61,753 nucleotides of DNA from Candidatus Omnitrophota bacterium (lineage in GTDB: Bacteria; Omnitrophota; Gorgyraeia; 2-01-FULL-45-10): NCBI GenBank assembly GCA_043798375.1, contig JAZDOS010000038.1, forward strand, positions 1 to 61,753. Reading direction: 5' to 3'. The notes beneath the pieces are model-generated. The model did not search any database. It had not been told where the DNA came from and saw only the letters and a program-made list of their open reading frames with translations. Shown here in pieces: positions 1 to 9,579 of this stretch; position 1 is the stretch's first letter, and each line of letters opens with the position of its first letter. The translations under genes and the position numbers were made by a program.

Positions 1-142
1 TCTTCACATATGCGTACCGGCAGGCACACAAAATTCGATCGCTGGTTTGAAAAGCACGCAAATTTGCAAAAGAACGAATAGGCCGCCTCGTCGAGAGGAG
101 CTAAAAATCAGGCATTTTTACCCGTTTTTCAGGAATTACTAA

Positions 143-1663
143 ATGATTATGAATAAGATCATTATATTCGACACGACGCTGAGGGACGGCGAGCAGTCGC
201 CGGGCGCGAGCCTCAATATCAATGAGAAACTCGAGATAGCCAGGCAGCTGGCTGTTCTGGGCGTGGATGTTATCGAAGCGGGATTTCCCGCTTCGAGCCC
301 CGGAGATTTCGAGGCCGTTAAGAACGTCGCGAAGAATGTCAGGGGGCCGGTAATATGCGGCCTGGCGAGAGCGCTCGAAAAAGACATCGACGCCGCGTAT
401 AACGCGGTGAAGGGCGCGGCCCGTCCGCGTATCCACGTATTTCTCGCGACTTCGAAGATCCACATGAAGTACAAGCTGAAGAAGGCCGAAGACGAGATCC
501 TGAAGCTGGCCGTTGCGGCGGTTAAATACGCGAAGCACAAGTGCGGCGACATAGAATTTTCGCCGGAAGACGCTTCTCGAACCGAAAGGGAGTTTCTTTA
601 CAAGGTGGTGGAAGCCGTAATTGAGGCAGGCGCGGCCACCGTAAACATTCCGGACACCGTCGGGTATTCGACGCCGTTCGAGTTTGCCTCAATTATAAAA
701 GGCATCAAAGACAACGTCCCGAATATCGGTAAAGCGGTAATAAGCGTCCACTGCCACAACGACCTGGGGCTTGGCGTGTCGAACTCGCTTGCCGCCGTGT
801 TGAACGGCGCAAGGCAGGTCGAGTGCACCATAAACGGACTGGGCGAGCGCGCCGGTAACGCGTCACTGGAGGAGATTGTAATGGCGATCAGGACGCGGAC
901 AGATATCTTTAAGGGCGTCTCCACGCTTATCAATACGAAAGAACTTTATAAGACGAGCAGGCTTGTTTCGAAACTGACCGGTATGCCGGTCCAGCCGAAT
1001 AAAGCGATCATCGGTTCGAACGCGTTCGCGCACGAGGCCGGTATCCATCAGGACGGCGTCCTGAAGGAAAGGATTACCTACGAGATCATGAGGCCCGAGG
1101 ATGTCGGCTTTGAATCTTCGAATATCGTCCTCGGAAAACATTCAGGCCGCCACGCGTTTACGGAACGCCTGAAAAAACTGGGGTTCAACCTTAATAAGGA
1201 ACAGATCGATAAGGCGTTCGACTCCTTTAAGGTGATCGCCGATAAGAAAAAAGAGGTCTTCGATGAAGACCTGGAGACGATAGTGGATGAAGAGATATCG
1301 AAGATCCCGGAGAGATTTCATCTCCTGCATTTCTACATCGCGTCGGGCGACCAGGTCAAGCCGCAGGCGAAGATATCGCTCAAGTTTAAGGCTAAGGCGC
1401 TTGAGGCATCCTCGACCGGTGACGGGCCGGTAGATGCCTGTTACAAGGCCGTCGATAAGATAATTGGAACAAGCGGCAGGCTTCTCGACTATCAGATAAG
1501 GAGCGTCACGAGCGGCAAGGACGCGCTCGGCGAAGTTTCCGTCAAGATAGAATCCGGGACCCGGATCGTTTCGGGGAGGGGAGCCTCTACAGATATCATC
1601 GAGGCGAGTATCAAGGCGTATCTTAGCGCCGTCAATAAGTTAATGTACCAGGTAAAGAGATAA
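143..1663 (+). CDS. leuA: 2-isopropylmalate synthase
   Basis: [22 protein letters not shown] motifs; C-terminal regulatory domain (GDGPVDA). Start may be ATG 149. Confidence 0.95.
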   Translation: MIMNKIIIFDTTLRDGEQSPGASLNINEKLEIARQLAVLGVDVIEAGFPASSPGDFEAVKNVAKNVRGPVICGLARALEKDIDAAYNAVKGAARPRIHVFLATSKIHMKYKLKKAEDEILKLAVAAVKYAKHKCGDIEFSPEDASRTEREFLYKVVEAVIEAGAATVNIPDTVGYSTPFEFASIIKGIKDNVPNIGKAVISVHCHNDLGLGVSNSLAAVLNGARQVECTINGLGERAGNASLEEIVMAIRTRTDIFKGVSTLINTKELYKTSRLVSKLTGMPVQPNKAIIGSNAFAHEAGIHQDGVLKERITYEIMRPEDVGFESSNIVLGKHSGRHAFTERLKKLGFNLNKEQIDKAFDSFKVIADKKKEVFDEDLETIVDEEISKIPERFHLLHFYIASGDQVKPQAKISLKFKAKALEASSTGDGPVDACYKAVDKIIGTSGRLLDYQIRSVTSGKDALGEVSVKIESGTRIVSGRGASTDIIEASIKAYLSAVNKLMYQVKR

Positions 1664-1790
1664 ACTCTAAACTTAAAACACTAAACCCTAAATAAACACA
1701 AAACTCAAAGTCCAAAATTCAAAACATGACGATTTTTGAGTTTTGGATTTGAGGTTTTGAATTTGTTTAGAATTTAGAGTTTAGTGTTTA
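1661..1790. repeat. Inverted array of degenerate 7-nt repeats
   Basis: Left arm TAAACTC/TAAACTT/AAAACAC/TAAACCC...CAAAACT/CAAAGTC/CAAAATT; right arm TTTTGAG/TTTTGGA...TTTAGAA/TTTAGAG/TTTAGTG is approximately its reverse complement. Confidence 0.8.
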
Positions 1791-1795
1791 TTTTT

Positions 1796-2656
1796 ATGAC
1801 TATGGCTAAACTCAAATACGGCATAATCGGACATCCGGTCGGGCATTCCCTGTCGCCCGCCATGCAGAACGCGGCGTTCAGGGCCTGCGGGATAGAGGCG
1901 GAGTATGAATTGTTCGATGTCGCGCCGGCGGATCTGGAAGATTTTCTCCGGAATTTAAAATCGAAGAAAGTCTCCGGGGCCAATGTCACCATTCCGCATA
2001 AGATAAAGGTGAAAGAGCATCTTGACCGCAACGGGGCGCTCGACGCGAACGCCAGGCGGCTCGGCGCCGTAAATACGATAAAGGCCGCCGAAGACGGAAG
2101 TTTTTGCGGCTACAATACGGACGGGCCGGGGTTCTACCGGTCGCTGGTCGAGGACCTGGGTTTCGAGCCTGAAGACAGGACCGTATTCGTGCTTGGTTCG
2201 GGAGGCGCGGCATGCGCTATCGTCATGTATCTCGGAAACGGGCCGAGAAAGATCTTCATCTCGGATGTCGACAAAGAGAAAGCCGAAGCGCTCGCGAAGC
2301 ATTATAAGGAATATTACGATGAGAAGAAGATAGTTATCGTTAAAGACTCCGAGTTCAAGGATTCTTTGAAGAATAGCGACTTACTCATTAACGCGACGCC
2401 TGTCGGAATGAAAGAGCCCGATCCGTCGCCGGTCGATAAGGCTTTGCTGCGTCCGGGGCTGCGTGTCTATGACCTTGTTTACAATAGGCCGGTAACACAG
2501 CTTCTCAAAGAAGCGAATTCGATGAAATTGCATGCGGTAACCGGGCTCGGCATGCTTCTTTATCAGGGCGCGATCGCGTTTGAGGTATGGACAGGCAGGA
2601 AAGCGCCGATTGATGTAATGAAGAAGGCGCTCAGGGAAGCGTTGAAAGCGGGATAA
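1796..2656 (+). CDS. aroE: Shikimate dehydrogenase
   Basis: GHPVGHSLSP, NVTIPHK, NTDG, GSGGAA, NATPVGM, GMLLYQG motifs; start ATG 1796 or 1802. Confidence 0.93.
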   Translation: MTMAKLKYGIIGHPVGHSLSPAMQNAAFRACGIEAEYELFDVAPADLEDFLRNLKSKKVSGANVTIPHKIKVKEHLDRNGALDANARRLGAVNTIKAAEDGSFCGYNTDGPGFYRSLVEDLGFEPEDRTVFVLGSGGAACAIVMYLGNGPRKIFISDVDKEKAEALAKHYKEYYDEKKIVIVKDSEFKDSLKNSDLLINATPVGMKEPDPSPVDKALLRPGLRVYDLVYNRPVTQLLKEANSMKLHAVTGLGMLLYQGAIAFEVWTGRKAPIDVMKKALREALKAG

Positions 2657-2661
2657 AAACG

Positions 2662-3447
2662 ATGGAAACGCTGATAGGGGTTTTCGTATTTATGTTCGGA
2701 GCGATAATCGGGAGCTTCCTGAATGTCTGCATATGCAGGATGCCCAAGAACGAATCGATATTATTTCCGATGTCGCATTGCCCGGGCTGCGGCCGCAGCA
2801 TCCTCTGGTATGATAATATCCCGATATTGAGCTATATGGTCATTGGGGCGCGCTGCAGGTTCTGCGGCGCATAGATATCTTTCAGGTATGTCCTTATTGA
2901 ATTCCTGACGGCAGCGTTTCTATTTTTATTATTTCTCGCGTTCGGAATAACGCCCAGATTCTTCGCTTACAGCATTTTCGTCTGCGGGCTCATCGTAGCG
3001 ACTTTCATAGATTTCGAGATACAGGAGATACCGGATACTGTTTCGATAGGCGGCATTGTTGTCGGGCTGGCGTCGGCCGTTATCTTTCCGTCGGTCTTCG
3101 ATACGGCCTCGAGGTTTGCGAGTATCCAGAACTCTTTTCTCGGCGCGGTAATAGGCGGCGGAAGCATTTACGCGACGGGGGTGCTGGGGTCGATCGCGTT
3201 TAAAAAAGAGGCTATGGGCGGTGGTGACGTGAAGCTTATGGCGATGATTGGCGCGTTCCTGGGGTGGAAGCTCGCTGTGTTTACATTTTTCGTCGCGCCG
3301 CTCTTCGGCTCCATCGTGGGAATAATCCTGAAACTGAAAGACGGCCGCGAGATAATTCCTTACGGGCCGTACCTGTCGCTCGCGGCGCTTGTCGCGGTCT
3401 TTTTCGGGAATAAGATTATCGGGATGTTCTTTGGGGGATTGTTTTAA
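2662..3447 (+). pseudogene. pilD: Prepilin peptidase (A24, PilD/PppA-like) interrupted by one in-frame TAG at 2872-2874
   Basis: GSFLNVCI, CPGC and CRFC zinc motifs before the TAG; the same frame continues ISFRY..IE..., ID...EIPD, MGGGD.KL, IPYGPYL with no other stop until 3447. Confidence 0.85.
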
Positions 3448-3461
3448 GGTCAAAATGAATC

Positions 3462-3590
3462 CGGTTGCGTTTTACGGTTGCGGTTGCGCCGCTCGTTACG
3501 TTGGTCGTCTTTCGGTTTTCGTTTTTACGATAGACGAATTACGAAATACGAAACGAGCCGCGCAACCGATAGACGTTTTACGAATAACGG
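3462..3590. repeat. Intergenic inverted repeat enclosing 7-nt-period repeats
   Basis: CGGTTGCGCCGCTCGTT (3481-3497) pairs with AACGAGCCGCGCAACCG (3552-3568, 1 mismatch); TCGTCTT/TCGGTTT/TCGTTTT versus ACGATAG/ACGAATT/ACGAAAT inside. Confidence 0.7.
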
Positions 3591-3600
3591 GGAGGTAATT

Positions 3601-4725
3601 ATGCTCAGATACCTGACAAGTGGTGAGTCGCACGGAAAGTGCCTGCTGACCATACTCGACGGTATGCCGGCGGGATTGAAGATCCGGGAAGCATTGATAA
3701 ATGACGAGCTCCGCCGCCGCATGGCGGGCTACGGCCGCGGAAAACGGATGAAGATCGAATCCGACAGGGTCGAGATACTTTCGGGCATGAGAAGATCCGT
3801 CACGATCGGAAGCCCCATCGCCATGATGATTAAAAATACCGACCGGTCGATAGACAAATTACCGGCCGTCCTGGAGCCGCGGCCGGGGCACGCCGATCTT
3901 ACGGGAGCCTTGAAATACGATCTGAGAGATATTAGAAGCGTCCTCGAGCGCGCCAGCGCCCGCGAGACGGCCGCGAGGGTGGCTGTCGGCGCCGCGGCCA
4001 GGATCCTCCTGTCCGAATTCGGCATACGGATAACGAGCCACGTTATCATGATAGGCGCAATAATCTCGAAAGATGCCCGTTTAAGTTTCAACCGGATACT
4101 GGCCGTGTCGGAGCGCTCGCCGGTGAGGTGCGCGGATCCTCTGGCGTCGCGGCTTATGACGAAAGAGATCGACGCCGCGGTGAAAGAGGGCGATACGCTT
4201 GGCGGAGTCTTTGAAGTCATCATCGAAGGCGTGCCCGCGGGGCTTGGCAGCTTTACGCAGTGGGACAGGCGTATAGACGCGAATCTCGCCGGAGCGATCA
4301 TGTCGATCCCGGCGATAAAAGGCGTGGGGATAGGCCTGGGCTTCGAGGCCGCGGGGCGCAGAGGCTCGATGGCCCACGACGGGATATTCTATGATAAGCC
4401 GAAAGGTTTTTTCAGAAAGACCAATAATGCCGGCGGCATCGAGGGCGGCATGACGACCGGCGAGGATATTATAATCCAGGCCGGCATGAAGCCGATTTCG
4501 ACGCTCGCAAAACCTCTCGCAAGCGTAAACATAAAGACGAAGAGGCCGGTAAAGGCGGCGGTTGAGCGCTCGGATACTTGCGCCGTTCCGGCGGCAGGCG
4601 TTATAGGAGAGGCCGTATCCGCGATCGAGATAGCGAACGCAATGATCGAAAAGTTCGGCGGCGATTCGGTTGCCGAGATGAGGAGAAATTTCAAAGGATA
4701 TATGGAGCAGGTCAGGAAATTCTGA
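3601..4725 (+). CDS. aroC: Chorismate synthase
   Basis: TSGESHG, RPGHAD, RASARET, GGIEGG, RSD motifs; GGAGG RBS just upstream of ATG 3601. Confidence 0.96.
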   Translation: MLRYLTSGESHGKCLLTILDGMPAGLKIREALINDELRRRMAGYGRGKRMKIESDRVEILSGMRRSVTIGSPIAMMIKNTDRSIDKLPAVLEPRPGHADLTGALKYDLRDIRSVLERASARETAARVAVGAAARILLSEFGIRITSHVIMIGAIISKDARLSFNRILAVSERSPVRCADPLASRLMTKEIDAAVKEGDTLGGVFEVIIEGVPAGLGSFTQWDRRIDANLAGAIMSIPAIKGVGIGLGFEAAGRRGSMAHDGIFYDKPKGFFRKTNNAGGIEGGMTTGEDIIIQAGMKPISTLAKPLASVNIKTKRPVKAAVERSDTCAVPAAGVIGEAVSAIEIANAMIEKFGGDSVAEMRRNFKGYMEQVRKF

Positions 4726-5234
4726 TGCGCAATATAATTCTCGTCGGTTTCATGGGGACCGGTAAGACTACTATCGCGACACGGCTTGCGAACAGGTTGA
4801 AGATGGGCTATGTCTCTACCGACGACCTGATCGAGAAACGCGAGAAGCGCACGATAAACGAGATATTTACCAGGGACGGCGAAGACCGCTTCCGCGATAT
4901 CGAAAGCGGGATTGCGCGCGAGGTATCCGGCATGGAGAACGCCGTTATCGACGCGGGCGGCGGCATTGTTCTTCGCGAAGAGAATATGGCCCTCTTTAAA
5001 TCTAACGGTATCGTGATATGCCTTACCGCCGACGTAGAAGTTGTGATGGAGCGGACGAAGAAGTACAAACACAGGCCGCTTCTCAATGTCGAAGATCCGA
5101 AGCAGAGGATAAGGACGCTTCTTGCCAGGCGCGCGCCTTACTACGCCAAGGCGGATCATTGTATAGATACGGGTAAGCTCACGGTGAAGCAGGTTGTGGA
5201 AGAGATCGTAAAAATTTCGGAGGCGAAGCGATGA
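4725..5234 (+). CDS. aroK: Shikimate kinase
   Basis: GFMGTGKT P-loop, GGG, RPLL; TGATG overlap with aroC. Confidence 0.93.
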   Translation: MRNIILVGFMGTGKTTIATRLANRLKMGYVSTDDLIEKREKRTINEIFTRDGEDRFRDIESGIAREVSGMENAVIDAGGGIVLREENMALFKSNGIVICLTADVEVVMERTKKYKHRPLLNVEDPKQRIRTLLARRAPYYAKADHCIDTGKLTVKQVVEEIVKISEAKR

Positions 5235-5563
5235 CGCGCCAGGCGAGATTATGGGTCGGGGTTACGCTTTTTGTGATTCTTGCGATAAATTACGGGATCA
5301 TCGGGCTTCCTTTATACAGGAAGGCGATCAATCTCCACGATAAAGCGACGGCGATGCTCATGAAGCAGATAAAGAGCGGCAACGTGCTTAAGACGTCTGC
5401 CGAGGAAGATTATATCCTGGAGATCTTCAGGCGCGAAAAGGCGTCGATCGACAAGAAATTATTTATTTTGAACTCCGCGGCGATAACTCTGGTTATTCTA
5501 TTAGGAAGTTGGACCGCGTTTGGCCTTTTGGCGGGGAAAAAAAATGTCCGAGCTAAGGTATAA
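5231..5563 (+). CDS. Hypothetical membrane protein (2 TM)
   Basis: ATGA overlap with aroK; hydrophobic N- and C-terminal segments. Confidence 0.65.
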   Translation: MTRQARLWVGVTLFVILAINYGIIGLPLYRKAINLHDKATAMLMKQIKSGNVLKTSAEEDYILEIFRREKASIDKKLFILNSAAITLVILLGSWTAFGLLAGKKNVRAKV

Positions 5564-6536
5564 TATTGTTTCAAGGGATTGGGTCGTGATAGCTGCCGAT
5601 CGGGCGAAGAGGCCGGACAGTTTTAAACGGCCCAAAGAAGAACGCGCTATACCCGAATACAGCGAAACGTGCCCGTTCTGTCCCGGAAAAGAAGGCGATA
5701 GGCATGACGAAACATATCGCCTCGGCGACAAAAACGCCTGGAAGGTAAGGGCTATATTCAATAAATATCCCGCGTTTTCACCCGACCAGAAAGAAGAGCG
5801 CAAGATCACAGGTATTCATAACAGTGTTACGGGTTACGGCCGGCACGAGGTTATCGTCGAAAATCCGGTCCACAACCGTATAATAGCGCTCGCGACGGAC
5901 GGGGAGGTCGAGAACATTGTCCGAACCTACAAAGAGCGCTACGATAAACTTTCGCCGATGAAAGGCATCGAGGCGATCACGATATTCAAAAACCACGGGC
6001 CCGGCGCGGGCTGTTCTCAGGAACATCCGCATTCACAGCTCGTGGCGACGCCTATTACGCCGCCGCAGACCAGGATCCGTATGGAGCAGGCGGCCGGATT
6101 TTTTGACGTGACAGGGAAATGCGTCTTCTGCCGGATGATGGAGGACGAGCTTGGCGCGAAAGAGAGGATGGTGCTCGAGACGGAAAATTTCATCGCTTTC
6201 TCGCCCTATGCCTCACCCGCGCCTTTTATCACATGGCTATTTCCGAAAAGGCATGCAGCTTCTTTCGACGGGATAAATGAAGAGGAGATACGGGATCTCG
6301 CGCGCGCCCTGAGAACGGTTTTACGCAAGCTTTATCTGGGTTTGGGTAACCCCGATTTCAACTATTGCCTTCGTTCGGTGCCTGTGAATGAGAAAAATGT
6401 CGAATATTTTCATTGGGGAATAACGATCGTCCCGCGTATTGCCCAGCCCGCAGGTTTCGAACTCGGAAGCGGCATATTCATAAATTCGTCCCTTCCCGAA
6501 CAATGCGCCAAATTTTTGCGGGATGTGCAGGTGTAG
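5544..6536 (+). CDS. galT: Galactose-1-phosphate uridylyltransferase (HIT family)
   Basis: RAKRP, CPFCPG, NKYPA, HPHSQ catalytic motif, AGFELGSG. Confidence 0.9.
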   Translation: MSELRYNIVSRDWVVIAADRAKRPDSFKRPKEERAIPEYSETCPFCPGKEGDRHDETYRLGDKNAWKVRAIFNKYPAFSPDQKEERKITGIHNSVTGYGRHEVIVENPVHNRIIALATDGEVENIVRTYKERYDKLSPMKGIEAITIFKNHGPGAGCSQEHPHSQLVATPITPPQTRIRMEQAAGFFDVTGKCVFCRMMEDELGAKERMVLETENFIAFSPYASPAPFITWLFPKRHAASFDGINEEEIRDLARALRTVLRKLYLGLGNPDFNYCLRSVPVNEKNVEYFHWGITIVPRIAQPAGFELGSGIFINSSLPEQCAKFLRDVQV

Positions 6537-6570
6537 GATTTAACCATAAAGAAGCGGCGCTGATTACGGA

Positions 6571-6609
6571 ACTAATTAAAAAAGTTTCAAAAGAGGTGCC
6601 AGGCACCTT
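6571..6609. repeat. 39-bp dispersed repeat with AGGTGCC-A-GGCACCT palindrome (copy 1)
   Basis: 37/39 identical to 22104-22142. Confidence 0.85.
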
Positions 6610-7524
6610 ATGCTAATCAGAAAAATTACACCCAACGATGCGGAGTACCCGAAAAACTTGCGGAATATACATACGCCGCCGAAGCAGCTCTATGTTAACG
6701 GCACGCTATTGGAGTCCGATGAGATAGCGGTAGCTATAGTCGGATCTCGGCGCGCATCCGTCTATGGGCTGGAGACTGCCGGGAAGCTCGGTTTCGAGCT
6801 TGCCGCGCGAGGAGTGATGGTTGTAAGCGGGATGGCTGTCGGCATCGACTCCGCCGCTCACAGGGGAGCGCTTAAAGCGAAGGGCAGGACGATAGCGGTA
6901 ATGGGAAGCGGCCACAGCGTCATTTACCCGCCGCAAAACAAGAAATTGTACGAAGAGATCGCTAATACAGGCGCGGTCATCACCGAATATGAAGACGATA
7001 TGCCTCCCCTGGCGCAGAATTTCCCCGCCCGGAACCGCATAATAAGCGGGCTTTCGCTCGGGATAGTGGTGGTGGAGGCCGCGAGAAACTCAGGCGCGCT
7101 CATCACCGCCAACTTTGCGGCGGAACAGGGCAGGACCGTATTCGCCGTTCCGGGCAAGGTCTCGTCCGTTACGAGTTCGGGAACGAATGAGCTGATACGC
7201 GACGGCGCGTGCCTTATCCAATCGGTCGATGACATACTGCAGGAATTGTCGCTAACGCCTTCGATCGGGCCGGCCGAAGGAGTAAATTTGGATAAGATAG
7301 ATAAGTCGATAGAGTCCAAAACCAGAGCGTATATCTACAATTCATTGACCGAAGACGAGCGAAAGGTTTACAAAATATTGTCGGACGAACCGTTATATAT
7401 AGATGATATTTTTAACAAGACAGGTTTCGATTCTGCCAGGGGGTCGAAGGTCCTGTTGAACCTTGAATTAAAAAAGTTGATCGCGGAATTACCCGGTAAA
7501 AATTTCGTAAGAAAGGAAAACTAA
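6610..7524 (+). CDS. dprA: DNA-processing protein DprA
   Basis: AIVGSR, VSGMAVGID, FPARNRIISGLS, SGALITA; C-terminal winged helix. Confidence 0.95.
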   Translation: MLIRKITPNDAEYPKNLRNIHTPPKQLYVNGTLLESDEIAVAIVGSRRASVYGLETAGKLGFELAARGVMVVSGMAVGIDSAAHRGALKAKGRTIAVMGSGHSVIYPPQNKKLYEEIANTGAVITEYEDDMPPLAQNFPARNRIISGLSLGIVVVEAARNSGALITANFAAEQGRTVFAVPGKVSSVTSSGTNELIRDGACLIQSVDDILQELSLTPSIGPAEGVNLDKIDKSIESKTRAYIYNSLTEDERKVYKILSDEPLYIDDIFNKTGFDSARGSKVLLNLELKKLIAELPGKNFVRKEN

Positions 7525-9579
7525 ATGAGTAAGAATCTGGTAATAGTAGAGTCGCCCGCCAAGGCAAAGACGATAAACAAGTTCCTCGGGAAAAATTACA
7601 CCGTAGTGGCGAGCATGGGCCATATAATCGACCTTCCCAAGTCGAAGCTCGGCGTTGACGTCGAAAACGACTTCAAACCCGAATACATCGTAATGACCGA
7701 CAGGAAGAAGCATCTGACGGCGCTTAAAAAGGATGCCAAGGGTAAAGATGCCGTATACCTTGCCGCCGATCCGGACAGGGAGGGCGAGGCCATTTCATGG
7801 CATATAAAAAATGCGCTAACCGACAAAAAATTGAAGTTCCACAGGGTGGAATTCGATGAAATAACCAAGGATGCCGTCCTGGCCGCGTTCAAACATCCGA
7901 GGGAGATCGACATGAACCTCGTGAATGCCCAGCAGGCGCGCCGCATCCTCGACCGCATCGTAGGTTATACGATAAGCCCGATACTCTGGAAGAAGGTTGC
8001 GCGCGGGCTCTCCGCCGGCCGCGTCCAGTCCGTCGCTGTGCGGTTAATAGTAGAACGCGAGGAAGAGATTAAAAGATTCAAGCCGCTGGAATACTGGGAT
8101 ATCACAGCCCAGCTGAAACGGCATGCGGATAGCCCCAGGGATAAATTTGACGCAAAACTAGAAAAACACAAGAATGAGAAGATAAACATAGGAAACAGGC
8201 ACGACGCGGACAGGATCGTCGGTGTCCTGAAAAAAGAGCATTTCGTAGTTACCGATGTCAGGGAGGCAAAGAAGAAGAAGAATCCGTATCCGCCGTTTAC
8301 GACATCGAAACTTCAGCAGGAGGCGTTCAACAAACTGAGATTTTCCGGCGCGCGGACGATGCATATAGCCCAGACGCTGTACGAGGGTGTTGAGCTGGGT
8401 AAGGAAGGATCGGTCGGCCTCATAACGTACATGAGAACGGATTCGGTCAAGATATCGAAAGACGCTCAAGGATCGGCCAGGGAGTACATACTCGCGACTT
8501 ACGGTAAAAAATATTACCCGGAAATCCCGAATTTCTACAAATCCAGAAAGAGCGCCCAGGAAGCGCACGAGGCGATAAGGCCGACGCTGCCTTTGAGAGA
8601 ACCGAATTCGGTGAAAAATCACCTCTCGCCGGAGCAGCTGAAATTATATACGCTCATCTGGAACCGGTTTTTAGCGAGCCAGATGTCGCCGGCAATAATT
8701 TCTCAGACGACAGTCGATATAAAGGCGGGCGATTATCTTTTCAAAACGGGCGCCGCGAAGGTTGTATTCGACGGATACACGGCCGTATATGAAATTGAAA
8801 AGGAAAAAGACGATTTCGGGGAAGAGGACAAGGCGAAACTGCCCGAACTTTCGGTAGGGCTTGAGCTTGACCTTCTGGGGCTTCTACCCGCCCAGCACTT
8901 TACAAAACCGCCTCCGAGATACTCTGACGCGACGCTGGTCAAGGTCCTCGAAGAGCTGGGCATAGGAAGGCCGTCGACCTACGCGCCGATCATCCAGACG
9001 ATCACGGCGCGGGATTACGTAAACAGGGTCTCCGGTTATTTTCATCCCACGGAGCTTGGCACTGTCGTGGCCCAGCTTCTTATCAAGCACTTCCCGAAGA
9101 TACTTGACGTTGAATTCACGGCGAAGATGGAGGATGAGCTGGACGGCATCGAGGAAGGCGAAGCGGATTACCTTATGGTATTGAAGGCCTTCTATTCTCC
9201 GTTCATACATTCCGCGGAAAGCGCGAAGCTCGAGATGAAGGATGTCAAGAAAGAGATAGGCGCTACGAACGAGATCTGCGGCCTTTGCGGAAAACCCATG
9301 ATCATCAAGTGGGGCCGCAGGGGGAAATTCCTGAGTTGTTCCGATTACCCGCGGTGCAAAAACGCCAAATCTATCACCAGCGGAGTGAAATGCCCAATCC
9401 CGAATTGCGGCGGAGAGCTTGTCCAGCGCCGTTCCAGGCGCGGCCCGTTCTTCGGCTGCACCAACTACCCCAAGTGCACCTACACGGCGAGAAAACTTCC
9501 CGAATCCCTCGACAAAAGCTCGGAATTCGGTCCCGAGCGAAGCCGAGGGACCGAAAAGGAAGGTGAAGTCGTAACTTAA
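7525..9579 (+). CDS. topA: DNA topoisomerase I
   Basis: VESPAK, DPDREGE, SAGRVQS, ITYMRTD, GIGRPSTY; C-terminal zinc ribbons. Confidence 0.97.
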   Translation: MSKNLVIVESPAKAKTINKFLGKNYTVVASMGHIIDLPKSKLGVDVENDFKPEYIVMTDRKKHLTALKKDAKGKDAVYLAADPDREGEAISWHIKNALTDKKLKFHRVEFDEITKDAVLAAFKHPREIDMNLVNAQQARRILDRIVGYTISPILWKKVARGLSAGRVQSVAVRLIVEREEEIKRFKPLEYWDITAQLKRHADSPRDKFDAKLEKHKNEKINIGNRHDADRIVGVLKKEHFVVTDVREAKKKKNPYPPFTTSKLQQEAFNKLRFSGARTMHIAQTLYEGVELGKEGSVGLITYMRTDSVKISKDAQGSAREYILATYGKKYYPEIPNFYKSRKSAQEAHEAIRPTLPLREPNSVKNHLSPEQLKLYTLIWNRFLASQMSPAIISQTTVDIKAGDYLFKTGAAKVVFDGYTAVYEIEKEKDDFGEEDKAKLPELSVGLELDLLGLLPAQHFTKPPPRYSDATLVKVLEELGIGRPSTYAPIIQTITARDYVNRVSGYFHPTELGTVVAQLLIKHFPKILDVEFTAKMEDELDGIEEGEADYLMVLKAFYSPFIHSAESAKLEMKDVKKEIGATNEICGLCGKPMIIKWGRRGKFLSCSDYPRCKNAKSITSGVKCPIPNCGGELVQRRSRRGPFFGCTNYPKCTYTARKLPESLDKSSEFGPERSRGTEKEGEVVT
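9505..9555. repeat. REP-like inverted doublet within the topA 3' end
   Basis: TCCCTCGAC-AAAA-GCTCGGAA approximately inverts TCCCGAGC-GAA-GCCGAGGGA; also a perfect 9-bp stem TTCGGTCCC/GGGACCGAA. Confidence 0.6.

Noticed and set aside
2872-2874. Genome-wide TAG reassignment
   Set aside because: TAG ends galT, ychF, gatC, mgtC and larB at their expected C-termini, so it is a normal stop here.
3478-3600. N-terminal extensions in the ORF track for aroC (also aroK 4578, waaA 10495, mgtC 33834)
   Set aside because: They run through repeats or upstream genes; family homology and RBS or overlap evidence begin at downstream ATGs.
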